From assembly GCA_965205675.1 (NCBI GenBank), contig OZ242186.1:960001-1024000 (forward strand): a stretch of 64,000 nt of DNA, written 5' to 3'. The notes under the pieces are model-generated. The model was not told the DNA's origin, did not search any database, and saw nothing but the letters and a program-made list of their open reading frames with translations. This DNA is from Nitrosopumilus sp. (GTDB lineage Archaea; Thermoproteota; Nitrososphaeria; Nitrososphaerales; Nitrosopumilaceae). Shown here piece by piece: positions 41,499 to 52,620 of this stretch (the first letter of the stretch is position 1; every line of letters starts with the position of its first letter). A program made the translations under genes and the position numbers.

Positions 41499-42534
41499 TG
41501 ATCTCCTTTAACTTTGAAATGTTTCCTGTGTCTTGTATGAATTTTTCCAACAATGAAAATGCCTTACCGCTTTTTATTGTCTCTAGTGCAAGTTCAACTG
41601 CCTCTTCAAAGTTTTTAGAGATATTTGCAACAATTAATCCTCCTGCTGCATTTAATGCAGTCGTTTCAATCATTGCTCTATTTGCAGTATTATTTAGTAC
41701 TCTTACAAATGATTTTACTGCTTCTTCTTTTGTCTTTATTTGAATTTCTTGCAGTGTTGATTTGTGTAATCCTATCACTTCTGGATCAATTGCGTTTGTC
41801 AATACTTTGTCTTTTTTTAAGATACATACGCGATTAACTGCGCTGGTAGAGAATTCATCCATTCCATTATCAGAACGAACTGTCATGATATTTTCAGCAC
41901 CTCTTCTTTTTAGAATTTGTGGCAATCTATCTAAATATTCAACTGAAAATACACCCACTAGTTGGTTTTTTACATTTGCGGGATTTGATAGTGGTCCTAG
42001 TAGATTAAATGCAGTTCTCTTTCCTAATTGTTTTCTTGCATTTGATACGTGTTTCATTGCCGGATGAAACTTTTGTGCAAACATGAAACAAATGTTGTGT
42101 TTTTGCAGAATTTCTGAAATTCTTACAGGCTCTGAATTCAAATCATATCCAAAATATTCAAAGATATCTGAACTGCCTGAAACCCCTGAACTTGAACGAT
42201 TTCCATGTTTTGCCACAGTTCCTCCTGCTGCTGCTACTACAAATGAGGCAGTAGTGGATATGTTAAATGTCTGAAGTCCGTCTCCTCCTGTACCACACAT
42301 GTCAATTATCATTCCTTGATTTTCAGCCTCAATTTTGAGTGAAAGATCTTGCATTTTATTTAGCATTCCTAGTAATTCATCGTCAGTTTCTCCTTTGTTT
42401 GCAAGATTTGCCAGAAAATCGGCATTTTCTACATCATTTGTTTTGCCAGATAATATCTCTATCATAACTTTATTCATCTCATCATATGTCAGGTCTGTCT
42501 TTTCTTGTAATTTTGAGATAACTTTTGAAATCAT
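41488..42534 (-). CDS. trpD: Anthranilate phosphoribosyltransferase
   Basis: DMCGTGGDG, FNISTT, KHGNRS, FNLLGPLSNP. Confidence 0.97.
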   Translation of the reverse strand: MISKVISKLQEKTDLTYDEMNKVMIEILSGKTNDVENADFLANLANKGETDDELLGMLNKMQDLSLKIEAENQGMIIDMCGTGGDGLQTFNISTTASFVVAAAGGTVAKHGNRSSSGVSGSSDIFEYFGYDLNSEPVRISEILQKHNICFMFAQKFHPAMKHVSNARKQLGKRTAFNLLGPLSNPANVKNQLVGVFSVEYLDRLPQILKRRGAENIMTVRSDNGMDEFSTSAVNRVCILKKDKVLTNAIDPEVIGLHKSTLQEIQIKTKEEAVKSFVRVLNNTANRAMIETTALNAAGGLIVANISKNFEEAVELALETIKSGKAFSLLEKFIQDTGNISKLKEINDG

Positions 42535-43127
42535 TGCCTCTTCTCCTTGACTTGATTGATGAAATTGCCTAGAATTTTTTTTCCATCTTCTGTCATTATT
42601 GATTCAGGGTGAAATTGTACTCCTTGAATCAGATATTCTTTATGTTCAATTGCCATAATTTCCCCATCATCAGATGCAGTAGCTGTAACTTGGAGCATAT
42701 CTGGAATTATTGTCTTGTCCCCTACCAAACTATGATATCTTGTAGCTCTGAATGGGTTTTTTACATTTGTAAATAATTTTGATTCTGCATGATCAACAAG
42801 ACTTGTTTTTCCATGCCTTACACATCCTGCGTTAGTTACTTTGCCTCCAAATGCATCAATGATTCCCTGATGTCCCAGACAGACTCCTAAAATAGGAGTC
42901 TCAAACCCCATGTCTTTGATGACGTTTGAACATATTCCAAAGTATTTTTTATCTTCTGGAGTTCCCGGACCTGGTGAAATTATTATAGCATCATAGTTTT
43001 TTTCTTTGATTTGAGATATTGTAATTTTGTTATTTCTGATAACATCGCAATCTACTCCTAATTCTCCAAGATACTGTGCGATATTATACACAAATGAGTC
43101 ATAATTATCAATGATTAGAAATTTCAT
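42531..43127 (-). CDS. trpG: Anthranilate synthase component II
   Basis: IDNYDSF, ISPGPG, GVCLGHQ, QFHPES. Confidence 0.97.
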   Translation of the reverse strand: MKFLIIDNYDSFVYNIAQYLGELGVDCDVIRNNKITISQIKEKNYDAIIISPGPGTPEDKKYFGICSNVIKDMGFETPILGVCLGHQGIIDAFGGKVTNAGCVRHGKTSLVDHAESKLFTNVKNPFRATRYHSLVGDKTIIPDMLQVTATASDDGEIMAIEHKEYLIQGVQFHPESIMTEDGKKILGNFINQVKEKRQ

Positions 43128-44473
43128 TTTGATGTCTCTTTTAATGCTTGAAGCATAGCTCTTGCCTTGTGTTCTGTCTCTTTGAATTCATTTTTTGCAA
43201 TGGAATCTGACACTATGCCTGCCCCTGACTGCACAAATCCTTTATTGTTTTCTATGAATATGCTTCTAATTGCAATTGCAAAATCACAGCATCCATTATA
43301 TGAGAAATATCCCACTGCCCCCGCATATGGTCCTCTGGACTCTGTTTCTAATTCGTCAATAATCTCCATTGCTCTGACTTTTGGTGCGCCAGATACTGTT
43401 CCTGCAGGAAATACTGCCTGAAACGCATCAAACATATCTTTTTCAGGCGCTAAATTGCCTACAATATGGCTTACTATGTGCTGTACATGACTAAACTGCT
43501 TTATCCGCATCAGAGATTCGGGATGAACTGATCCATATCTGCACACCCTTCCAATATCATTTCTGCCTAAATCTACAAGCATTGTGTGTTCAGCTAGTTC
43601 TTTCTCGTCCTGGATTAGTTCTTTAGATAAGGCCTTGTTCTTTTCCTCATCATCTGTGATCTTTCTTGTTCCTGCAATGGGAAATGTTTCTACCTTGTCC
43701 CCTGTAATTCTAACCAACATTTCAGGCGATGCCCCAATAATTGTTTTGTTTTCTTGTTTTAAATGATACATGTAAGGGGATGGATTTAATTTTCTTAATG
43801 TTTTGTAAAGTGTAAGATTATCTCCTTTTGTATCAAAAGTAAATTTTCTTGATAATACTGCTTGAAAAATATCTCCATCACAAATGTATTTTTTTGCTTT
43901 ATTTACAATTTCAGAATATTTTGTTTCATTCATGTTTGGCGTAACACTACTTGCGTAAAATTCTCCAAATGAATCTTCCCCCATTATGAGTTTATCAAAT
44001 CTATTCTCACCATGATAAAAATAAAATAACTTTTCATGTATTTTATCATATAAAATCCCGTCATCATAAATTCCAAATTCTATTAATGGCTGTGTGGAAT
44101 TGTGTGAATCGTTGATATTTTCCATTATCCTTATTGCATCATAGTTGACTACCCCTACTGCACCTCCGAGATATCTATAACTTTGATCATCTGATTTCCT
44201 TAGTAGTTTTTTTAATTCTTCAAACGGATTTGTAGTTTGGATTGTTGTAATTTTTTTATTTTCAATAATATCTACTTTGTCTGAATATCCTTTGAGGATT
44301 ATTTTTGGATCAAAACCCATAACGGATGTTTCAGCTAGAACTTCAGGTCCAGTTAGAGATTCAAATAGAAATGAATGTGAATAGTTTCTAGAGATTCTAT
44401 TATAAATTTGAAATTGATTTTCAGATAAATCTAGTGGCATTACTTTTGCTTGTGTTCTTCCAAATGTGTCCAC
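43124..44473 (-). CDS. trpE: Anthranilate synthase component I
   Basis: FLFES, NPSPYM, SPEML, PIAGT, EHTMLVDLGRND, GTVSGAPK; GTG start at 44473 preferred over 44560. Confidence 0.96.
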   Translation of the reverse strand: MDTFGRTQAKVMPLDLSENQFQIYNRISRNYSHSFLFESLTGPEVLAETSVMGFDPKIILKGYSDKVDIIENKKITTIQTTNPFEELKKLLRKSDDQSYRYLGGAVGVVNYDAIRIMENINDSHNSTQPLIEFGIYDDGILYDKIHEKLFYFYHGENRFDKLIMGEDSFGEFYASSVTPNMNETKYSEIVNKAKKYICDGDIFQAVLSRKFTFDTKGDNLTLYKTLRKLNPSPYMYHLKQENKTIIGASPEMLVRITGDKVETFPIAGTRKITDDEEKNKALSKELIQDEKELAEHTMLVDLGRNDIGRVCRYGSVHPESLMRIKQFSHVQHIVSHIVGNLAPEKDMFDAFQAVFPAGTVSGAPKVRAMEIIDELETESRGPYAGAVGYFSYNGCCDFAIAIRSIFIENNKGFVQSGAGIVSDSIAKNEFKETEHKARAMLQALKETSK

Positions 44474-44618
44474 CCATAAACAAGATTTTGATGGTTTATT
44501 ATTTAAATTGATAAGATGGCACTGTCTTGATTTGGTTAAAATAATTGATTTGTTAGGCACACAGTATTACGGTATAGTACGGTACCTTTATAATCTAATT
44601 GGTAATAGTATTCTCATC

Positions 44619-44804
44619 ATGCAAAAGGCAAATCAAACAGTAATGCAAGAAGCACATGTCAAGTCACAGACGCTCTCTACGACTGTAAGTAAAGTAGAGT
44701 GCTATATTTGTGGAAAAGGACTATCTGATGGTCATTCTATTACTGCAAAAACACTGCCTAATGGCATCGTGCTATTTTGCGATGTTCATTATCCCTTACA
44801 GTAA
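44619..44804 (+). CDS. Small zinc-finger-like protein
   Basis: CYICG...FCDVH; TATA-like TTTATAA about 30 bp upstream. Confidence 0.65.
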   Translation: MQKANQTVMQEAHVKSQTLSTTVSKVECYICGKGLSDGHSITAKTLPNGIVLFCDVHYPLQ

Positions 44805-44990
44805 TTCTACGATTTAAGATTCTATTTTGAAATATTAATTTTATTTTAAATTCTATCTTCATTTACTATTTTCTTTTATTGCATATTTAGGATATGATAC
44901 ATCCCTCATTGTAAAATCTAGTTGTGTAACAATGGATTTCCAAGTCGTCATGGTAAAACAATACATGCATCTAAGAGACCAATCTCAGCA

Positions 44991-47624
44991 TTACCATAAT
45001 TGAAATGCAGAAAAGAATTCTTTTGCACCTTTTTTAGATAATTCTTTGTTTTTTGTTTGACAATAGTTGGTAGTAAATGTACATTTTGGACACCCTCCGA
45101 AATCTTCTTTTCTTTGATCCTTATCTGTTGTACAATCACAATTATTTACCATAGAAGATCCTATGGCAAGCATCTTTTCAAATTCATCATAGATGATTTT
45201 ACTACATCCATTAAATCCATCTGATGTATTATCGTAAATGTAAATCACACCTTTTTCATAATACACATCAATATCACTTGATTCTGATTTTGTCAAAATC
45301 TTACTTGCATTAACTAGAACATGGGAAATTGTATGGACTTTGGGATCATTAGCTATGGGGCTTTTTGAATCTGAAATATGTTTTGAGATAAATTCCACAG
45401 GAAGTGTTATGCTAACTGCTGAGTGTTTTGACTTCCAATGAAAGTTTCGCCATAATGAGGTTTGAGCTCCATTGTGTAGCTGATACTTGTCTGCAGATTC
45501 GTTATAGTTTCCTTTCATGTATCCTGTAATTGTTCTATCTAGTGAAATTATCCCATAACGCAAGGCCATCTTCTTTTCTTTGATCTTGACATCTCTGTGA
45601 ATTGCTTTTCCTTCTGATGTTGGGATAATTGTTGTTTTTACAATTGGGATTGTTCTTTTTTGTTTTTCATACGATCTTATCAGATATGCTCTAGCACCAT
45701 TTGGGGATTTAATTAAAGCGTTTACTTCATAGTTTTGCTTGTTAAAATGATAGAGAGCCTTTTGATGTAATTGATAGTACCCTACAGGTACTCCCCTGGT
45801 TCCTATTTTTCTTGAGTTATAGTATATTGAAATTTCTTCTGATGCCCCTCGTAAATTTACACTGTTTGCAAAATCAAAGAACTGTGCCTTGTTTGAATCG
45901 TCTGCGGCTTGGTCCTCGATTTCTACTGATTCTTCATGTTTCTTAGATATGATTTGATTTTCTTTGTTAATTGAAATGATGTGGTTCTGTGAAAGATATT
46001 CATCAATGTGACGTGCAAAATAATGACACGCCGCATCTTCTGGATCAAATACGCAAATGGCATATGATTTCTGCCCTCTTCTGCCGGCCCTGCCGATTCT
46101 TTGAATAAAAGAATCAAACTCATTTTTGAATGCAGAAATGACTACATCTACGTGCCCAATATCAATGCCTAGTTCTAGTGTCGGGGTACATGATAAGACA
46201 TCTAGTTCTCCTGCCTTCATTTGAGATTCATACAATTTCCTATCATTTTGATCTAATCCTCCTCTGTGAATCTGTATTCTAATTCCATCATTTGCATCCT
46301 CCACATTGGATGCAAAAAATTCTGCATCATTATGGGAGTTGCTAAAGACTAGTTGTGTTGACTTGTTCTTGTAACAAATTGAGGATAACATTTCCATTGT
46401 TGTTCTTTGTTTGAATTTCCTTGGCATGATAAAAAACATGTGCATGTTTTGTTTTCGTCCAAGTTTACTCTTGATATATGCAAATGAATTTTCTGGCAAA
46501 TCAAACATGTTTGAAAAAAACTCTTTTGAATTATCTAATGTTGCAGAAGAACCTACAAATTGAACCTTGCCCATATATCGTTTCATCCTTTTTAATACAT
46601 GATACACGTTGGATCCATGAAAGCTAGTGTAGGAATGTGCTTCATCCATCACTATGATTTTTGCATTTTTGAATAATTCATTCCATTTCTTATCTTGTAA
46701 AATTAAATGATAGTTAATAAAATCAAAATTAGTTGCAATGATTAAAGACTTTTGACTGGAATCTGAAATTATCATATCTTTGTAATCTGGACTTTGTCCT
46801 CCGTGAATGGAGTATGCTGTTATTTTGTCATTTAACTTGCATTTTTGAACCAGATCTGAAATTTTGGCTACTTGGTCATCAATTAGTGCATTTAGTGGAT
46901 ACACAAGCAATGCAAAAACTCCAGGAGTTTGATGCTTTGAAATTTTCTCCAAAATTGGAATTGTAAATGCTTCGGTTTTTCCAGACCCTGTTGGTGCTGA
47001 AATTATAGTGTTTTCTCCTTTTAGAATTGCTCGGACGGATTCTTCTTGAAATGGTAACAGTCCTATAACTCCATATTTTTCTAATCCTTTGATGATGTTC
47101 TCAGATAGTACATCTTTTAGAGTTTGAATTGGGATTTTTTCAGCTTCTGGTACGATTAATCTTTCATAATGAACTAGTGCAAGGGATTCTTCTTTATGTC
47201 CTTGAATTATTTCTCTAATCACAGAATCATTTTCAATTAGTGATTTTGGAATTTTAGAAATATCATACAGTATGCTTTGTGGTAGTGAGATCTTATTTTC
47301 TGGGCTTTTTGGTTTTAGATATTTTTTGATTTCATCTGGATAATAAGATATACCTGATTCTGTTGGTTCTTTACATCTGTGTGGTTCATCTGTTCTTGAA
47401 TCAATGGGTATGAATTTTCCACTATCGGACTTGAATCTTTCATCCCAGTAAATATCCACACCGCATCCTTTGGAGCATCGCTTTGTTTTTCCTGAATAGT
47501 TCACACCATATGTTGTTGTTTTTATCATGACCTTCTCTGGATTACACTTGGGGCAAACCTGCGGGCCTCCTACATCATCATAGCTTTGGACCATCCTAGA
47601 ATCACAATTAGGGCAAAATTTCAT
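44991..47624 (-). CDS. DEAD/DEAH helicase with C-terminal DUF1998 (Hrq1/MrfA-like) and N-terminal zinc ribbons
   Basis: APTGSGKT, YPLNALIDDQ, DEAH, SAT, LELGIDIG, QRIGRAGR, CDC...GCPKC...C. Confidence 0.93.
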   Translation of the reverse strand: MKFCPNCDSRMVQSYDDVGGPQVCPKCNPEKVMIKTTTYGVNYSGKTKRCSKGCGVDIYWDERFKSDSGKFIPIDSRTDEPHRCKEPTESGISYYPDEIKKYLKPKSPENKISLPQSILYDISKIPKSLIENDSVIREIIQGHKEESLALVHYERLIVPEAEKIPIQTLKDVLSENIIKGLEKYGVIGLLPFQEESVRAILKGENTIISAPTGSGKTEAFTIPILEKISKHQTPGVFALLVYPLNALIDDQVAKISDLVQKCKLNDKITAYSIHGGQSPDYKDMIISDSSQKSLIIATNFDFINYHLILQDKKWNELFKNAKIIVMDEAHSYTSFHGSNVYHVLKRMKRYMGKVQFVGSSATLDNSKEFFSNMFDLPENSFAYIKSKLGRKQNMHMFFIMPRKFKQRTTMEMLSSICYKNKSTQLVFSNSHNDAEFFASNVEDANDGIRIQIHRGGLDQNDRKLYESQMKAGELDVLSCTPTLELGIDIGHVDVVISAFKNEFDSFIQRIGRAGRRGQKSYAICVFDPEDAACHYFARHIDEYLSQNHIISINKENQIISKKHEESVEIEDQAADDSNKAQFFDFANSVNLRGASEEISIYYNSRKIGTRGVPVGYYQLHQKALYHFNKQNYEVNALIKSPNGARAYLIRSYEKQKRTIPIVKTTIIPTSEGKAIHRDVKIKEKKMALRYGIISLDRTITGYMKGNYNESADKYQLHNGAQTSLWRNFHWKSKHSAVSITLPVEFISKHISDSKSPIANDPKVHTISHVLVNASKILTKSESSDIDVYYEKGVIYIYDNTSDGFNGCSKIIYDEFEKMLAIGSSMVNNCDCTTDKDQRKEDFGGCPKCTFTTNYCQTKNKELSKKGAKEFFSAFQLW

Positions 47625-47884
47625 GAATGAATTTCAAGACTAAATTACTATTAATGAACCGATAAGAATGAAAAATTTTATATTAATTTTAAAATTTGAC
47701 AGATTTTTCATATTCCCAAAGATACACAAACATAAGAAGACATTGCAGCAAAAAGACGATTCGTTTTGGATATTTGACTGGGAATGAACCACACAAACAT
47801 CCGGAGAATTATCTGGGACTTGTTTATCTTGCATCAATTCTGATGTATTGGAGAGTATTGAAATGAATTGAATATGATACTGAT

Positions 47885-48026
47885 TAGACGTCTTGCGTAA
47901 TTATTTCTAGGCGTGAATTTTGCTGCAGGATTTTTCAAATTGGTTGAGAAATTTGAATTTTCAGGTATGAATTCTGTTAAAATACAAAATTTGAGAAAAA
48001 ATCTCTATAATTACGCAAGAGGTCTA
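47885..48026. mobile_element. 142-bp MITE with IS5/ISL2-type ends
   Basis: TAGACGTCTTGCGTAATTA...TAATTACGCAAGAGGTCTA; same end as the IS at 54725. Confidence 0.85.
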
Positions 48027-48029
48027 TTA

Positions 48030-48221
48030 TTAGTCAGGATTAATGAAAACTTTTGAATTTGATGTTGTTATCGTTTTTACCATATTAATTGATATTTTTT
48101 CTTTTTTTGATATCTCTAAAATTTCTGTTTGGTGTTTTTCATCTAGATGTTTTAAAAATTCCTTCTCTTCAATGTTATTATGTTTAAAATCACAAGATGT
48201 GAAAATGCAGTTAAAATTCAT
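48030..48221 (-). CDS. Small hypothetical protein with C2H2-like motif
   Basis: CIFTSC...FLKHLDEKH. Confidence 0.6.
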   Translation of the reverse strand: MNFNCIFTSCDFKHNNIEEKEFLKHLDEKHQTEILEISKKEKISINMVKTITTSNSKVFINPD

Positions 48222-48454
48222 TGTTGTTATTTTAATTCCCTGCTACAAAAATCAATACGCTTAAGTTCATCATTTTCATAAAAAATCTATGAGTGTTAGA
48301 ACAGGCGTCTTTTCAACAAAAGAACTGGCAATAATTATAGGGATTTCCGTTGTTGTATCCATAGCATTGTACGTCATTTATGTTATAGGTAGATGATAGA
48401 ATTCCATCCTCAAGTTATCAATACGCTTAAGTTATTAGATTTTCAATTATAAAT

Positions 48455-48652
48455 ATGGCTAATTTGGATAATGCAAAACATGATCATCAAAAAAATAAAT
48501 CAAATATTGTAAATTTAGTAAAACAAATGTTTTCTTTGGATAAATGGGGTGATGAGGAATATCGTAGAGAATTACAGGAACTGGTAAAAAAAGATGAGGA
48601 TTTAGTTAGAGAAATTACTAGAATTATCAAACTAAAACACAATGCAAAATAA
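48455..48652 (+). CDS. Hypothetical protein
   Basis: 65-aa helical ORF. Confidence 0.55.
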   Translation: MANLDNAKHDHQKNKSNIVNLVKQMFSLDKWGDEEYRRELQELVKKDEDLVREITRIIKLKHNAK

Positions 48653-48843
48653 AGTTTGCATGGTCATTTTGATAATCTAAACGTATAAGACTATGTTTTT
48701 TATATCATAATTATGGGATGGAAAAAAACCTTGGGAAAATTTTGTATTATGAAAAAGGTGCGAGACAAAGCAAACGAACCTGAAGAAGATTAGTTTTACA
48801 ATTTATTTAAAAAGTTATTAATCAAATTATTTGAATTTTACAC

Positions 48844-49248
48844 ATGCCTTTAGATAAGATGCTTGATCCTGACGAATTTATTCTCACACATAATTCCAAA
48901 GTATTACACGTAAAGGGAACTCCTGCAGCGTGCATTATTGACACTCAAAATGATCTGCAACATGCCTTACATGATGATCCTTCGTTGAGGGCCAGTTTAG
49001 TCGGATTCTTAAACAAGCATGATGATCTAGGCTTGTTGTTTGGTTTCAAATTAAAAATCCAGACCAATAGTGAATTTTTTGAATACACCGCATATCCTGA
49101 TGAAGAGTTTATCGATACTGTGATATTTGATGAAACGATTCATATCATAAATGATTCTATGGAAAATATGCTCTCATTACGAAAAATTGTAACAGACCAG
49201 TTTGTAAAAACAAGATCAGAGTTTGAAAAATTCAAAAAAATGATATAA
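48844..49248 (+). CDS. Hypothetical protein
   Basis: 134-aa intact ORF. Confidence 0.75.
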   Translation: MPLDKMLDPDEFILTHNSKVLHVKGTPAACIIDTQNDLQHALHDDPSLRASLVGFLNKHDDLGLLFGFKLKIQTNSEFFEYTAYPDEEFIDTVIFDETIHIINDSMENMLSLRKIVTDQFVKTRSEFEKFKKMI

Positions 49249-49289
49249 TATCCAAATCATTCAATAGTTGTCATTGTAGGAAATTTTTA

Positions 49290-49955
49290 ATGGCAAGTTT
49301 TACACAAATGATAAAGGCTCGAGAACCAGTATTGTTGGATCAAGAAGACGGGCATTGGTATCAAACCAAATTTGGTAAAACATATCCTTCAATTAGCACC
49401 ATATTGTCTGCCACTGCTTCAGAAGACAAGAAAAAGAGCCTAATATCTTGGAAAGAAAATGAACCTGCTCACAAATACATTACAAAACAAGCTCAAGATA
49501 CCGGTACTCAATCTCACAAGATTATTGAGGATTATTTGAGTAATAATTTAGAATTCAGTGAATTTGACTTGCTACCGATTGCACATTTTAATAATTTGAA
49601 ACCGTTTCTTGAAAATATTTCAAATGTCATATGTGTAGAACAACGGATGTATTCAGATAAACTTCGGGTTGCAGGTACCAGTGACTTGATTGCAGAATAT
49701 AATGGGGAATTATCCATTATAGATTACAAAACAAAAAGAAAACCTCAAATTGATGAATATATGTATGAGTATTATCTTCAAACTACATGTTATGCTCACA
49801 TGTTTGAGGAGACAACTGGTCACAAAATTAACCAAATAGTAATACTAGTTAGCAGTGAAAAAAATACACGACAAGAATTTATCAAAACATGCAGTGATTA
49901 TGCAGACCCCATGATCAAAAGAGTTGAAAAATACTATCTTGATAATTTAAAATAA
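49290..49955 (+). CDS. PD-(D/E)xK exonuclease (RecB/MGME1-like)
   Basis: YPSISTILS, GTQSH, AGTSDL, IIDYKT, YLQTTCYA. Confidence 0.88.
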   Translation: MASFTQMIKAREPVLLDQEDGHWYQTKFGKTYPSISTILSATASEDKKKSLISWKENEPAHKYITKQAQDTGTQSHKIIEDYLSNNLEFSEFDLLPIAHFNNLKPFLENISNVICVEQRMYSDKLRVAGTSDLIAEYNGELSIIDYKTKRKPQIDEYMYEYYLQTTCYAHMFEETTGHKINQIVILVSSEKNTRQEFIKTCSDYADPMIKRVEKYYLDNLK

Positions 49956-50230
49956 GACAATTTTTACTCTTTTGAAACATATTTTACAAACATTTTTGTC
50001 AATATTTCAAAGACATTCTCATCTCGGTTGTCGAATCAAAACTCTACACTTTTTAGCAGGATTTTATTATCTCTCATTCTAATTTTATTAAAGATAATTA
50101 ACTGTACATTTTTCTTATTTTGATTTATTAAAATCATCTTATTTTGTCCTCAATCTTCTCTTAAGATAATCCGATGATGTGACATGTCTGGCCAGGATCC
50201 AGCTAGGGATTCATTTTGAATATTACTTTT

Positions 50231-50716
50231 TTAATTCTGAGAGTTTGCTGTTTTTTCATAATAGTATTCTTGTTTCTTTAACTCTTTTTCAGACACTATT
50301 CTACATTTTCTCATTGGTACTAGGCGCGAGATTTGTTCATATGTGTTCATATCTCTAACGTCTGCGGCATATGCAATTTGTAATAACGGGGATTTTTCTT
50401 TAATCATGGGTTTTGCTTGATCATACCCCCCGCTTTGTCTCATTCCTGTTCGGAATAATCCCAAATGATTGTTTTTCTTTGCAATCTGAGGGTCCTGATA
50501 ACAGCAAATTGCAAACTCGTCATTTTCTTTTTCAATTATAGTCAATCTTGTAAATTTATCACTCCAATCTTCAATTTCTCTGGCAATGGTAATTGCTTCT
50601 TTTTTATCCTCAAATACTGTAGATACTACCAATCGGTCTTTTTCATAAGCCCAGGATATTCCATAAAAATTATTTTTCCAGTTTATATCCAAAGACATGA
50701 TTTTATTTAGATGCAA
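50231..50716 (-). CDS. Hypothetical protein
   Basis: About 155-aa intact ORF. Confidence 0.7.
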   Translation of the reverse strand: MHLNKIMSLDINWKNNFYGISWAYEKDRLVVSTVFEDKKEAITIAREIEDWSDKFTRLTIIEKENDEFAICCYQDPQIAKKNNHLGLFRTGMRQSGGYDQAKPMIKEKSPLLQIAYAADVRDMNTYEQISRLVPMRKCRIVSEKELKKQEYYYEKTANSQN

Positions 50717-50893
50717 TCAAATTAATGCTTTCTAATTCCCAATATGCCTCTGCACTCTGTGTCATGATTTCTTCTATGATACATTTCTAAATCCCATTTA
50801 CAGTTGTTTTTTAGGCTACATGAAAATCATCAATATTTTACCTGATGACTCATTAAACTACTCATTCGTCAATTATCAGATATTCATCATTTT

Positions 50894-51222
50894 ATGAAAA
50901 ACAGATACCACTGTATGATTTCTCTCATGCTACAAATTTTAAAGAAAATAAATGTTCCGCGGGTTTTTCATTTCAAATCAAAACATACATTTTCAATACA
51001 CCAACACATCATACTGCTAGTTTAAACAGTACGAGTCAAAAAATTATGAGAGTTTTGCTGTATGGTTAAAAGTTACAACAGAAATTGTCATCCAGTTACA
51101 ACTCAAGACCATTTTACAACATTTCAAAGGGTAGCAGCTAGATTAAGTGACGTTTTACTGGATGTTGCAAATTATATCTTTAGAAATCCTGCAAAGATGT
51201 TCACAAACTTTTGATCGTTGCC
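50894..51222 (+). pseudogene. Degenerate IS5-like transposase N-terminus followed by an IS630 right-end remnant
   Basis: FKSKHTFSIHQHIILLV...FTTFQRVAARL with frameshifts; 51160-51222 resembles the reverse complement of 58598-58661. Confidence 0.55.
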
Positions 51223-51584
51223 ATGTGATGATTTTAACAAGTAAAAATGCCAGAAACAAATAATTAAATCTAGATTTAATTTAATTTAGCATGCATTGTG
51301 ATGATAAACGAACATTATTTGTATTAAAAGAAGAGATTGAGAAAAAATGGTTAGAATTAAAAGAATCAAATTTTGATGAAAAAAAATTAAAAAAATTTAG
51401 CGATGCATTGACTGAGTATTTTGAGTTAAAACAATCATCAGAATAACAAGTAACATAAAAATTATCAATGTCAGACATGGAACACACCAAAGAATGTAAA
51501 TATCGCATGAATAATGATATGCCTCATATGAACTGCTATTGTCCATGTCACAAAATTATAGTGTTTGAATCCATGAAATTAGAG

Positions 51585-51815
51585 TCAAGGACTTTTTGAT
51601 TCAGGCTCAAAATTATCTATAATTTCAGTGATATTTGCAAGCAGGGTCTCTTTGATTCGCACAGAAGACATTCCGGATTTGTGCATCAATTTCATTTGAT
51701 CCATAAGAGCAAAATGAACCCGACCTTGTAAATAATCAACAATTCCAAATCCTTTTTTTGGAAAGTCTGTTACAAACACATTATGTTCTGAAAAATCCTC
51801 AGAATCTTCACTCAT
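51585..51815 (-). CDS. Hypothetical protein
   Basis: 76-aa ORF. Confidence 0.6.
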   Translation of the reverse strand: MSEDSEDFSEHNVFVTDFPKKGFGIVDYLQGRVHFALMDQMKLMHKSGMSSVRIKETLLANITEIIDNFEPESKSP

Positions 51816-51886
51816 AACTCAGGCTTGGAAAAAACCCATTATAAAATTTCCAAAATATTTTTTAAACCAAACACGAGATAAAAGTT

Positions 51887-52237
51887 ATGACTGAATTTGT
51901 TTACAAACCATATGATAAAATATATGTTCGAGATATGATAAAGTTGAATTTAGATGATCTTATTGGCATGATGTCATCTTTAGAAGCTGCTAATGCATAT
52001 TGGGTAGATGGGGTATTATTTGCTAGTTTTGCAATGACAGAGTCCGAAGAGTTGGCAAAAAAAGAAATGCAAAATGAAATGTTTCTAGATAAAATAATTT
52101 TCGCAGTATATGAAAAGTATACAAAGACGGTAAAATCATCCACCAATCTAGAAATAGGAGTATTAAACATGCAAAAAAGTAAGCTTTGCAAAGATTTGAT
52201 CACTTGGCTTAAAACTCAAGCCACGTGGACTGAATGA
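51887..52237 (+). CDS. Hypothetical archaeal protein
   Basis: 116-aa ORF with YWVDGVLF motif. Confidence 0.75.
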   Translation: MTEFVYKPYDKIYVRDMIKLNLDDLIGMMSSLEAANAYWVDGVLFASFAMTESEELAKKEMQNEMFLDKIIFAVYEKYTKTVKSSTNLEIGVLNMQKSKLCKDLITWLKTQATWTE

Positions 52238-52620
52238 AAAGTAAATCCATAGACAGAATTAATTTACAAAGGGATTTGAAGAGTCGACAGAATTAGACAC
52301 AGAAGAGTGGAAAGGATTTATTGATATTTTAGCTAATTGTGGCAGAAAAACTCTATTGTTTGTTATTGAGGCAAAAAGAGACCGAGTAAAGATTGCTCAA
52401 AGATATAAGAACCAAGCTATCGACTATGGAAAAAGCTAAAAGTGTCTTTTTGCGGCCATTACTAACGGAAAACAATTTGAGATTCTCAACACAACAACTG
52501 AAAGACCAATTAAATTAAACGGTAACGCATACAACAAAATACCAAACAAAAGGGATTTGATGAAAATTTTTATTCCTCAAATAAAAAGAGAATCCAAACT
52601 AGAAAACATCTCTACTCTTG
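52234..52620 (+). pseudogene. HsdR-N-like restriction nuclease fragment (type I/IIG), degenerate
   Basis: GKGFIDIL...FVIEAKRD...NQAIDYG...ITNGKQF with stops. Confidence 0.65.

Noticed and set aside
44991-47624. Second DUF1998 helicase as part of the defence system
   Set aside because: Hrq1/MrfA-type architecture in a core-gene context, 30 kb from the island; more likely DNA repair.
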